DNA from: an uncultured Elusimicrobiaceae bacterium
GTDB lineage: Bacteria; Elusimicrobiota; Endomicrobiia; Endomicrobiales; Endomicrobiaceae
NCBI GenBank assembly: GCA_964487915.1
Contig: CAZASN010000005.1
Coordinates: 13,065-77,064, forward strand
Length of the DNA: 64,000 nucleotides
Direction of reading: 5' to 3'
Position numbers and translations under genes: made by a program. The notes beneath the pieces are model-generated. The model saw only the letters and a list, made by a program, of their open reading frames with translations, made no database searches and was not told the origin of the DNA. Positions 46,641 to 54,825 of this stretch are shown here, in pieces; the first letter of the stretch is position 1, and every line of letters starts with the position of its first letter.

Positions 46641-47415
46641 TATTTACGTTTTTTCAGGCACGGGCAATACTCTTACAATAGCCAAGAAAATATCTGAAGT
46701 TTTTAATGCGGGCGGTATTAAAGCCGGAGTTCACAGAATTGAAGCTGTTGAACCTGCTGAAATAAATCTTAATTCAACTGTCGGAATAGGCACTACCGTA
46801 GCCTGCTGGAATACGTATCCTATGGTAAAAAAATGGATAAAATCTTTGCCAAAAGCAGACGGCACGGAAGTTTTTCTGTTTGACAGTATGGGAGACAGTT
46901 CTTTGCGCATGCTGGCTTCAGTCGGAAAGGAACTTGAAAAAAAAGGATATAAGATAATAGGTTCAAAAAATTTTGTAATGCCTAATAATTTTTTGCTTGT
47001 TGAACCTGAAGGGAAAAAACAGGAAAAATTAAATAAAACGATTCCTCTTGTTGAGGAATTTGCAAGTTCAATTATTTCAGATAAAGCGGATATTGTAAAA
47101 GGCGGACCGATCTATTCGTTATTTTTTGCGGTTACATCATTTCTCGTAAACACATGGCGGTGGAAATTATCGCAGAAAATGTTCGGGTTTAAAGTTGACG
47201 AAAAACTTTGTACAAAATGCGGATTATGCGCTCAGATATGCCCTAAAAATAATATTACAATAAAAGAATTTCCCGTTTTTAACGGAATGTGCGAAATATG
47301 TTTAAGATGCGTTTCTTTTTGTCCGGCAAAAGCGATATCAAGCAGACTTCTTTATAAAAACAGAACACACAGAGGCGTAACGACCGAGGAGATAAAATGG
47401 AGAAATTCTATTTAG
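46621..47415 (+). CDS. flavodoxin-like plus 2x[4Fe-4S] ferredoxin-domain protein (EFR1-type)
   Basis: N-terminal IYVFSGTGNT flavodoxin-like start. C-terminal CTKCGLCAQICP and CEICLRCVSFCP. ATG 46621 overlaps the mnmG end. Confidence 0.6.
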   Translation: MKVRESDIYVFSGTGNTLTIAKKISEVFNAGGIKAGVHRIEAVEPAEINLNSTVGIGTTVACWNTYPMVKKWIKSLPKADGTEVFLFDSMGDSSLRMLASVGKELEKKGYKIIGSKNFVMPNNFLLVEPEGKKQEKLNKTIPLVEEFASSIISDKADIVKGGPIYSLFFAVTSFLVNTWRWKLSQKMFGFKVDEKLCTKCGLCAQICPKNNITIKEFPVFNGMCEICLRCVSFCPAKAISSRLLYKNRTHRGVTTEEIKWRNSI

Positions 47416-47663
47416 ATTTATTGGGTTACTGCGCGGCGACGCTTACTACCGTCGCTTTTGTCCCTCAGGTTTTAAAAACTATTAAAACAAAGTCTGCCAA
47501 AGACGTTTCAATCGGAATGTTTATTTCTTTTACGATCGGAGTATTTCTCTGGATAATTTACGGGCTGGCCACAAACACTAAACCTATCTGGATTTCAAAT
47601 TTCATAATTTTTTGTTTGGCGGCAACGCAAATCGCATTAAAATTGAAATACGACAGAAAATAA
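47397..47663 (+). CDS. SemiSWEET (PQ-loop) sugar transporter
   Basis: 88 aa, 3 TM. LGYCAATLTTVAFVPQVLKTIKTKSAKDVS closely matches the remembered bacterial SemiSWEET consensus, including the PQ motif. Confidence 0.85.
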   Translation: MEKFYLDLLGYCAATLTTVAFVPQVLKTIKTKSAKDVSIGMFISFTIGVFLWIIYGLATNTKPIWISNFIIFCLAATQIALKLKYDRK

Positions 47664-47674
47664 CTTTATAATTT

Positions 47675-47746
47675 GCGCCCATAGCTCAACGGATAGAGCA
47701 CTGGTTTCCGGAGCCAGTGATTCCGGTTCAAATCCGGATGGGCGCG
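47675..47746 (+). tRNA. tRNA-Arg(CCG)
   Basis: Acceptor GCGCCCA/TGGGCGC. Anticodon stem CTGGT/GCCAG with loop TTCCGGA. T-arm CCGGTTCAAATCCGG. Confidence 0.85.
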
Positions 47747-47761
47747 TATTCGGATTTTTTT

Positions 47762-48634
47762 ATGAATTCAAACATAAGCAAACTTTATAAATTAATGGAA
47801 AAGTGTTCCGTTTGCCCGAGAAAATGCGGAGTAAACAGATTAAAAGGCGAAAAGGGATTTTGTAAGTCCGGCAATGAGATAAGAGTAGCAAGCATTAATT
47901 TACATACGGGAGAAGAGCCTCCGATATCCGGAACGAAGGGATCCGGAACGGTTTTTTTTTCCAACTGTACGATGTCGTGCGTATTCTGCCAGAATTATCC
48001 GATAAGTCAGCTTGGCAACGGTTATCTTTTAACAACGCAGCAGCTTGCCGATAAGATGCTGGAACTGCAGAAAAAAGGCGCACACAACATAAATTTTGTG
48101 ACTCCGAGCCATATGTATCCTCTTATGGCTGAAAGTGTGTTTATAGCAAAGCAGAAAGACTTGAAAATTCCGATATTGGCAAACTGCAGCGGCTATGAGA
48201 GCGTTGAAGTTTTGGAACTTATGGATGATTTTATAGATATTTATATGCCTGATATGAAATATTCCGATGATATATACGCAAAGAAATATTCAAATGTTAC
48301 TGATTATACAAAAATAAATAAAGCGGCAATAAAAGAAATGTTCAGACAGAAAGGCAATCTTTTTATTAATAAAAATGAAATTGCAGAGAAAGGACTTTTA
48401 ATAAGACATCTTGTTCTGCCTAACGGAATATCCGGTTCAAAAGAAATATTTGATTTTATAGCCTCGGAAATATCGGCGGACGCATTTGTAAGCGTAATGG
48501 CTCAGTATCATACTGCGCATAAATCGGATGCAATTAAAGAACTTTCAAGAAAAATAACGGAAGCAGAATATGAAAATGCCGTTGATTGTTTTTATAAGTC
48601 CGGACTTCATAACGGCTGGGTGCAGGAACTATAA
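47762..48634 (+). CDS. PflX-like radical SAM protein (COG1313, putative glycyl-radical activating enzyme family)
   Basis: N-terminal CSVCPRKCGVNR..GFC and radical SAM CTMSCVFCQN. Start moved to ATG 47762 because the ORF-track start at 47717 lies inside tRNA-Arg. Confidence 0.75.
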   Translation: MNSNISKLYKLMEKCSVCPRKCGVNRLKGEKGFCKSGNEIRVASINLHTGEEPPISGTKGSGTVFFSNCTMSCVFCQNYPISQLGNGYLLTTQQLADKMLELQKKGAHNINFVTPSHMYPLMAESVFIAKQKDLKIPILANCSGYESVEVLELMDDFIDIYMPDMKYSDDIYAKKYSNVTDYTKINKAAIKEMFRQKGNLFINKNEIAEKGLLIRHLVLPNGISGSKEIFDFIASEISADAFVSVMAQYHTAHKSDAIKELSRKITEAEYENAVDCFYKSGLHNGWVQEL

Positions 48635-48664
48635 TTTTATATAATAAAAGAAAGGATTTAACAG

Positions 48665-49045
48665 ATGAATAAAAGTAAACTTATGATATTACTGGCGTCA
48701 ATTACAACTTTGCTTTTAGGACCGGGAGCCGGTCATTTGATTTTAAAACAATGGAAAAAGGCGCTGTTTTTTATTTCACTTGCGGTTGCTTTATTTGTAA
48801 TTCTTGCCGTTAATTTTATATCCGACGTAGGAAGAGATACGATAATGGCTGTTATAAATTTTCAAGAAACTCAAAGTTTGGAAAAATTCAAAGAGATATA
48901 TTATAAATTCCAGGAATTAAATCCGAAAACGATATTATTTTTTGACATATTTTTTTCTGCGTTGTGGGCGTATTCAATAGTTGATATTTTTATTTCGGCC
49001 GGAAATAAAGATTCCGGCGCAAAAGAAGAAGATAATGAAAATTAA
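48665..49045 (+). CDS. small membrane protein, unknown function
   Basis: 126 aa with 3 hydrophobic segments. GPGAGHLILKQWKK motif. No recognisable family. Confidence 0.45.
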   Translation: MNKSKLMILLASITTLLLGPGAGHLILKQWKKALFFISLAVALFVILAVNFISDVGRDTIMAVINFQETQSLEKFKEIYYKFQELNPKTILFFDIFFSALWAYSIVDIFISAGNKDSGAKEEDNEN

Positions 49046-50333
49046 TATTATAACGATCTGTGTTTTATTATTATTTGTCTGTCAGGGTATAAATGCAGGC
49101 CAGCATAAAGGGGTTGAGCGCATGAAACTTTCAAACGGAGTTACGGCTGTTCTAAAAAAAGATACTTCAGTGCCTGTTGTATCTGTTAACGTATGGGTTA
49201 AAACGGGTTCTATAAACGAAAATCAGAATCAGGCCGGTCTTTCTCATTTTATAGAGCATCTTATGTTTAAAGGCAGCAAAAACTATACGGGCGATTTGAT
49301 GACAAGAAACGTTGAAAAAATGGGCGGGCTTATAAACGCCGCTACGTCAAAAGAATATACTTGTTATTACATAGACATACAAAAAGACGGATGCATTGAG
49401 GCGATTAAAATGCTTGCCGATACGGTTTCAAATCCGTTGTTTCCTTCACAAGAAATAGAGCAGGAAAGAAAAGTGGTCGTTGAAGAAATACAAAGGCATA
49501 AAGACAGTCCGCAGTCTATGCTTTTTGAATATTTTATGGAAACGCTCTATAAAAACAGCGATTACAAAAACAGCATAATAGGTTCGTCTGACGTTATCAA
49601 AAATATACCGAGAGAAGAAATTATTTCATATTATAAAAAACATTACGTTCCGCAGAATATGTTTGTATCCGTAGTCGGCGATTTTGACAAAGAAGAAGTC
49701 ATAAAAACGATAGAAAACGCTTTCGGCAAATTTGAAAACGGAGTTATTCCGGAAGAGCCTGTGATAATTGAGAATTCGGACGCGGTTTCCGATTTTACCG
49801 CAAAAGACAAAACGGTACACACTTATCTTCTTGCCGGATTTAAAGGCCCCGATATGTCATCAGACGATATTTATGTCGCAGACGTTGCTTTAAATATACT
49901 CGGATCCGGAAAATCGTCAAGACTGTACAAAATTTTAAAAGAAGAAAAAAATCTGGTTTTTGCGATAAGTTCTTCTTTTATGACTTTAAGAGGAACAGGC
50001 AGCGCTTTAATATCGGCGGTGTTTGAACCTTCAAAATACGATGAAACGGTCAAAGCGATGGAAACCGAACTTGATAAATTTACAGAATACGGACCTTCGG
50101 AATCGGAACTTAATAAAATTAAAACAAACATAAAATCATCGTGGATTTTCGGCCTTCAGACATTCGGCGAACAGGCCGGACAGCTCGGATACTGGCATTC
50201 TCAGGGACATCCGGACAAATTTGAAAATTATTTAAACAGCATAGACAAAGTCACCGTTGAAGACGTTAAAAATTTCATGAAAAAATATTATTCAAAAGAA
50301 AAACTTGCAAAGGTATCAATATGCCCAAAATAA
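49035..50333 (+). CDS. M16 family zinc peptidase (active subunit), exported
   Basis: Signal peptide from ATG 49035. Inverted zinc motif HFIEHLMFKG (HxxEH) and downstream Glu region. Confidence 0.85.
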   Translation: MKINIITICVLLLFVCQGINAGQHKGVERMKLSNGVTAVLKKDTSVPVVSVNVWVKTGSINENQNQAGLSHFIEHLMFKGSKNYTGDLMTRNVEKMGGLINAATSKEYTCYYIDIQKDGCIEAIKMLADTVSNPLFPSQEIEQERKVVVEEIQRHKDSPQSMLFEYFMETLYKNSDYKNSIIGSSDVIKNIPREEIISYYKKHYVPQNMFVSVVGDFDKEEVIKTIENAFGKFENGVIPEEPVIIENSDAVSDFTAKDKTVHTYLLAGFKGPDMSSDDIYVADVALNILGSGKSSRLYKILKEEKNLVFAISSSFMTLRGTGSALISAVFEPSKYDETVKAMETELDKFTEYGPSESELNKIKTNIKSSWIFGLQTFGEQAGQLGYWHSQGHPDKFENYLNSIDKVTVEDVKNFMKKYYSKEKLAKVSICPK

Positions 50334-51628
50334 TTGCGGGAATTTTATTTTCGGTTTTATTTTACGCATGCGCGTTCGGAGGAACTGTGGAAACATTTAA
50401 TTTAAAAAACGGAATTAAAGTAATATACAAAAAAAGCGATACGGCCGATATTGTAGCTTTAAAAATTTATTCTCCCGTATCGGTGCTAAACGAAGACGTT
50501 TCAAAAGCCGGAGTCACTTCACTGCTTTATAACGTTATGAATAAGTCTACAAAGAAAAGAGACGCTAACAAACTGGCCGAAGATATTGAGAATCTCGGCT
50601 CGTCAATATCAACTGAAGTTGAATATGATTATTCCGGTTTTTCTCTGGCTTCTATGAGCGAAAATTTTGACAAAACGCTTGAAATTCTGGCCGATATTAT
50701 AATAAATCCGGCTTTTGACGACAAAGAAATTGAAAAAGAAAAAATACTAAACGCAGAAATAATAAAAAGCAGGCAGGACAGCATTTCAAAATCCGCCGGC
50801 GATAAATTTATTTATGATTTTTACGGAAATACTCATCCTTATTCATATCCGGTATACGGAAAAGAAGAAACTTTAAACTCACTTACCGGAGCCGATCTTA
50901 TAAAAACATACGGTAAGATTTATTCAAACAAAGATATTATTATAACGGTTGTCGGAAATGTTTCAAAAAAAGAACTTCAAAAATCTCTTGAAAAATATTT
51001 TTCTGATTTGAAATTAACCGGCGTTTATGCAAAACCCGATACCTGTCCGGCATTGAAAAGAACCGGGCAAGACGCAGTTATTGATTCAAAATTCAATCAG
51101 GCTTTTTTGATTTACGCTTATGACGCTCCCGACGTTCACAGCGGAGATTTTGCCGCTTTGAAACTGATAAGTTCTATTCTCGGCGGAAGAATGACGGGCA
51201 GACTTTTTATAGAACTCAGAGAAAAACTCGGACTTGCTTACGAGGTTAATTCCATTTATCCGACAAGAACCGATAAAAGTTATTTTGAAATTTACATAGG
51301 CTTGGATAAAAAGAACATAGAAACCGCAAAAAAAGGAATAGAAAAAATAATTTCCGATTTATGCACTACGCCTGTCAGCGATGAAGAGCTTAAAGACACT
51401 AAAAATTTTATAAAAGGAATTTATCTGCTTGACCACCAGCCCGTTGAAAGGCAGGCTTATTATCTGGGCGTGAGGGAAATTCTCGGTTTAGGATATAAAT
51501 ATGACGACGAATATATTTCTGTTTTGGAAAAAGTATCTTCACGGGATATAATTGACGTTTCAAACAAATATTTCAAAAATACGCCGTATAAACTTGTAAT
51601 GACGCCGCAAAACGGAGAAACAAAATAA
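50321..51628 (+). CDS. M16 family peptidase-like protein lacking HxxEH (non-catalytic partner)
   Basis: Collinear M16 fold. The position of HxxEH reads TSLLYNVMNK. Overlaps the upstream M16 gene. Confidence 0.75.
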   Translation: MPKIIAGILFSVLFYACAFGGTVETFNLKNGIKVIYKKSDTADIVALKIYSPVSVLNEDVSKAGVTSLLYNVMNKSTKKRDANKLAEDIENLGSSISTEVEYDYSGFSLASMSENFDKTLEILADIIINPAFDDKEIEKEKILNAEIIKSRQDSISKSAGDKFIYDFYGNTHPYSYPVYGKEETLNSLTGADLIKTYGKIYSNKDIIITVVGNVSKKELQKSLEKYFSDLKLTGVYAKPDTCPALKRTGQDAVIDSKFNQAFLIYAYDAPDVHSGDFAALKLISSILGGRMTGRLFIELREKLGLAYEVNSIYPTRTDKSYFEIYIGLDKKNIETAKKGIEKIISDLCTTPVSDEELKDTKNFIKGIYLLDHQPVERQAYYLGVREILGLGYKYDDEYISVLEKVSSRDIIDVSNKYFKNTPYKLVMTPQNGETK

Positions 51629-52866
51629 TGAATGCGTATCTTATTATCATAATAATATTTTTGGCGGCGTCTTTTCTTGCAGGTTTTATAACGGATTATC
51701 TTAATATTAAAAACATATCGGGTATTCTGCCCGATGAATTTAAAGGATATTACGACGAAGAAAAATATAAAAAATCGCAGAATTATTTAAAAGACAATAC
51801 AATTTTCGGCTTTATAAATTCTTTTGCTATTTTTATTATTGAAATAATTTTTATAATTGCCGGCGGTTTTAATTTTACGGATAAATTTGCAAGATCTTTC
51901 GGATACGGAGAAATTGTTTCCGGCCTCATATTCGTTGCGGTTCTTATCGTATTGTTCAATATAATAAAAATTCCTTTTTCCTTGTATAATATTTTCGTAA
52001 TAGAAGAAAAATACGGATTTAACAGAATGACCGTTAAAACGTTTGTCGCTGATTTGATAAAAAATAACATTCTTATTCTTTTGATAGGGCTTCCTTTATT
52101 CGGGATTATAGTCTGTTTTTTTACGTTTTACGGCAGCCAGGCATGGCTTTATGCGGCGCTGACAGTAATTATATTTGAACTTGTCATGCTTTTTATCGCT
52201 CCGGTTTTGATAATGCCTCTTTTTAACAAATACGTGCCTATAGAAGACGGAGAACTAAAGACCGAACTTGAAAATTACGCAAAACGCGAAAATTTTAAAA
52301 TGAAAGGTCTGTTTAAAATGGACGGTTCAAAAAGATCATCAAAAACAAACGCGTTTTTTACCGGTTTTGGCAGATTCAGAAGAATAGTTTTGTTTGATAC
52401 TCTCATAGCCAAACATACGGTTCCCGAACTGGTTTCAGTTCTTGCCCATGAAATGGGGCATTATAAAAAAGGACATATAAAAAAATTTGTGATAATGTCT
52501 TTTTTGAATACTTTTATAATGTTTTTTATTCTTTCGTTTTTTGTGTCAAACGAAGGATTGTTTGAAGCCTTTTCAATGGAAACGGTTTCCATATACGCAT
52601 CGCTGGTGTTTTTCGGATTTCTGTATACGCCGATATCAATGTTTTTATCTGTAATTCAGAATATTGTTTCAAGAAAATACGAATATGAAGCCGACAGATA
52701 CGCAGTTGAAACTTATAAAAAACCGGAAGCGATGACCGAAGCGCTTAAGAAACTTTCGGTAGACAATCTTTCAAATCTTACGCCTCATAAATTGAAAGTT
52801 TTTATGGAATATTCGCATCCGCCTGTTCTTGAAAGAATAAAAGCTATTAAAAATATTAAAATATAA
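51628..52866 (+). CDS. Ste24-type (M48A) integral-membrane zinc metalloprotease
   Basis: 412 aa with about 7 TM. Long N-terminal membrane domain (YDEEKYKKSQNYLKD..), HEMGHYKKGH (HExxH), C-terminal SHPPVLERI. Confidence 0.8.
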   Translation: MNAYLIIIIIFLAASFLAGFITDYLNIKNISGILPDEFKGYYDEEKYKKSQNYLKDNTIFGFINSFAIFIIEIIFIIAGGFNFTDKFARSFGYGEIVSGLIFVAVLIVLFNIIKIPFSLYNIFVIEEKYGFNRMTVKTFVADLIKNNILILLIGLPLFGIIVCFFTFYGSQAWLYAALTVIIFELVMLFIAPVLIMPLFNKYVPIEDGELKTELENYAKRENFKMKGLFKMDGSKRSSKTNAFFTGFGRFRRIVLFDTLIAKHTVPELVSVLAHEMGHYKKGHIKKFVIMSFLNTFIMFFILSFFVSNEGLFEAFSMETVSIYASLVFFGFLYTPISMFLSVIQNIVSRKYEYEADRYAVETYKKPEAMTEALKKLSVDNLSNLTPHKLKVFMEYSHPPVLERIKAIKNIKI

Positions 52867-52882
52867 TTAAACGGGGGATAAA

Positions 52883-53914
52883 ATGGATAAATTGTTAAAA
52901 GATTTGCTGAATGCGCCCGGAATATCGGGTTATGAAGAAACTGTTGCCGAAATTATCAAAAAAGAACTTGAAAAATGCTGCGACAGCGTTAAAATAGACA
53001 ATTTTGGAAATGTCATATCAAAAAAAGGAACAGGCAAAAAAAAGATTATGATTGCGGCTCATATGGATGAAATAGGTCTTGCCGTTAAATACGTAAATGA
53101 CCAGGGATATATTTATTTTATAAAAGTAGGCGGAATTTCGGACGGCGTTTTACCGGGACAGAGAGTCATTATAAAGTCTCAAAAGGGTGACGTTTACGGC
53201 ATAATAGGAACAAAACCTCCTCATCTTCAGACTCCTGATGAAAGAAACAAAGTTGTTTCTTATGACAACATGTTTATAGATATCGGCTGTTCAAAAAAAG
53301 AAGATGTTTTTGCCAAGATAGAAATAGGCGATCAGATAATATTTGAACCAAACGCCGGAGTTCTTAACGGCGATATTTGTTACGGAAAAGCCGTAGACAA
53401 CAGAGCCGGCTGCTATGCTATGATAAAAATTATGGAGAAACTTTCCGTAAACGCAGAGGTTTACGGAGTTGCCACAGCTCAGGAAGAGGTAGGGCTAAAA
53501 GGAGCCAAAACGTCTTCTTTTGCCGTAAATCCGGATTTTGCATTGATAGTAGACACAACAACGGCGGGAGATGTTCCCGGAATAGAAGGGAAAGTTTCTT
53601 CATTAAAACTCGGAGATGGGATAGCAATTACCATTATTGAGGCAAGCGGAAGAGGAACAATTGTAAATAATAAAATAAGAAAGATGATGATTGAGGCCGC
53701 AAAAGAAAACAACATAAAACACCAGATTGACGTTATAGACGGCGGCATGACGGACGGCGCGACGATTTATATAAACAGAGAGGGGATTCTTACCGGTATT
53801 TTAAGTCTGCCGACAAGGTATCTGCATGCTTCAAGTTCTGTTTTTAATATGAAAGATTTGGATGCGGCTGTTGAGCTGGGGATTAAGACGATAGAAAAAT
53901 TCGTTAAGTTATAA
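52883..53914 (+). CDS. M42 family aminopeptidase (FrvX/PepA-like)
   Basis: LLNAPGISGYEE, AHMDEIGL, AVDNRAG, QEEVGLKGA motifs. Confidence 0.85.
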   Translation: MDKLLKDLLNAPGISGYEETVAEIIKKELEKCCDSVKIDNFGNVISKKGTGKKKIMIAAHMDEIGLAVKYVNDQGYIYFIKVGGISDGVLPGQRVIIKSQKGDVYGIIGTKPPHLQTPDERNKVVSYDNMFIDIGCSKKEDVFAKIEIGDQIIFEPNAGVLNGDICYGKAVDNRAGCYAMIKIMEKLSVNAEVYGVATAQEEVGLKGAKTSSFAVNPDFALIVDTTTAGDVPGIEGKVSSLKLGDGIAITIIEASGRGTIVNNKIRKMMIEAAKENNIKHQIDVIDGGMTDGATIYINREGILTGILSLPTRYLHASSSVFNMKDLDAAVELGIKTIEKFVKL

Positions 53915-53944
53915 CGATTTTAATATTTGGACTGCAATAAATAA

Positions 53945-54010
53945 ATTCAAAGGGCTTATGTACCGTACGCTACGCTTTACTTACGTACACCGCACCCTTT
54001 GAATTTTTTA
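53945..54010. terminator. long imperfect hairpin with T-run between convergent genes (bidirectional terminator candidate)
   Basis: Outer stem attcaaaggg (53945-53954) / ccctttgaat (53995-54004). Inner tgtac/gtaca pairing. Unusually GC-rich 40-nt interior. T-run at 54004-54009. Confidence 0.55.
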
Positions 54011-54090
54011 TTTCGTCTTAAATCTTAAAGTCTCAAAAAAATAGTTTGTATAGCTTACGCGGCAAAACGGCAACAATACAAAAATTATAT

Positions 54091-54813
54091 TTACAGTTCA
54101 GTGCGGGCGACGGCGGCGACAAATACTTTTTTTGCTCCTGATTTTTTAAGAAGCTCGGCGCAGACGTTTGCCGTTGCGCATGTCGTTGCAACGTCGTCTA
54201 TCAGAAGAATATTTTTGCCTTTTAAAAAAGATTCGTGTTTTTTGTTTATTGAAAAAGAATTTTGAAGGTTAGCATTTCTGTCTTTTCTGTTTAGTCCGAA
54301 CTGCGGTTTGGTGTAAGAACTTCGCATAAGAATATTTTCATATAAAGGTTTTTTAATAATTTTTGATATTTCGGCCGCAAGAAGAGCCGTTTGATTGTAT
54401 CCTCTCGTGAATTTTTTTATGAAATGAAGAGGAACGGGAATTATCATATCAGTTTCCTTATCCCAGTTTTCTTTTATTATTAAATCGGAGACGGGTTTTG
54501 ACAAATCCTTCGCAAGAAACAGTCTGTTTGAATATTTAAAACTATGTATCAGTTTTTTTATTTTTCCGGTATATACGTAAGGAGTTTTTAAAAAATTAAA
54601 ATATATTTTTGAATGTCTGCAGTCATAACAATGCTCGCCGCCGTCTTTTAAGGGCATTGAACATACAACGCATTTCAAACCGTCATTTTTAGCAAGAGAT
54701 TTTAAGCATGTTTCGCATATATTGTTAACCGTATTTACGGGCATATTCCGCCCGCAGCAGGCGCAAGTTCTCGGGAAAATAAAATAAATTAAGAGATTAA
54801 AAATATTTATCAT
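54091..54813 (-). CDS. comF: ComF family protein (ComFC-like, zinc-ribbon plus phosphoribosyltransferase domain)
   Basis: N-terminal Cys pairs (CACCG, CETC, CVVC, CYDC) and C-terminal PRTase motif ILLIDDVATTCAT. Confidence 0.8.
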   Translation of the reverse strand: MINIFNLLIYFIFPRTCACCGRNMPVNTVNNICETCLKSLAKNDGLKCVVCSMPLKDGGEHCYDCRHSKIYFNFLKTPYVYTGKIKKLIHSFKYSNRLFLAKDLSKPVSDLIIKENWDKETDMIIPVPLHFIKKFTRGYNQTALLAAEISKIIKKPLYENILMRSSYTKPQFGLNRKDRNANLQNSFSINKKHESFLKGKNILLIDDVATTCATANVCAELLKKSGAKKVFVAAVARTEL

Positions 54814-54825
54814 ATCTTATGTCCG

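Noticed and set aside
47717-47761. N-terminal extension of the PflX-like ORF given in the ORF track.
   Set aside because: These codons lie inside the tRNA-Arg(CCG) gene (47675-47746). The ATG at 47762 gives a sensible N-terminus.
53377-53748. Three overlapping 65-89-aa ORFs on both strands inside the M42 peptidase gene, considered as a possible nested gene.
   Set aside because: They are Arg/Ser-rich or Pro-rich out-of-frame translations of a well-supported CDS. No RBS or motifs.
53915-54090. Convergence of long plus-strand and minus-strand gene blocks considered as a replication terminus with a dif site.
   Set aside because: No sequence resembling the dif consensus (..CGCATAATGTATATTATGTTAAAT-like) was found in the gap. 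Strand blocks elsewhere in the window are mixed, so the inference is unsupported without a GC-skew calculation.
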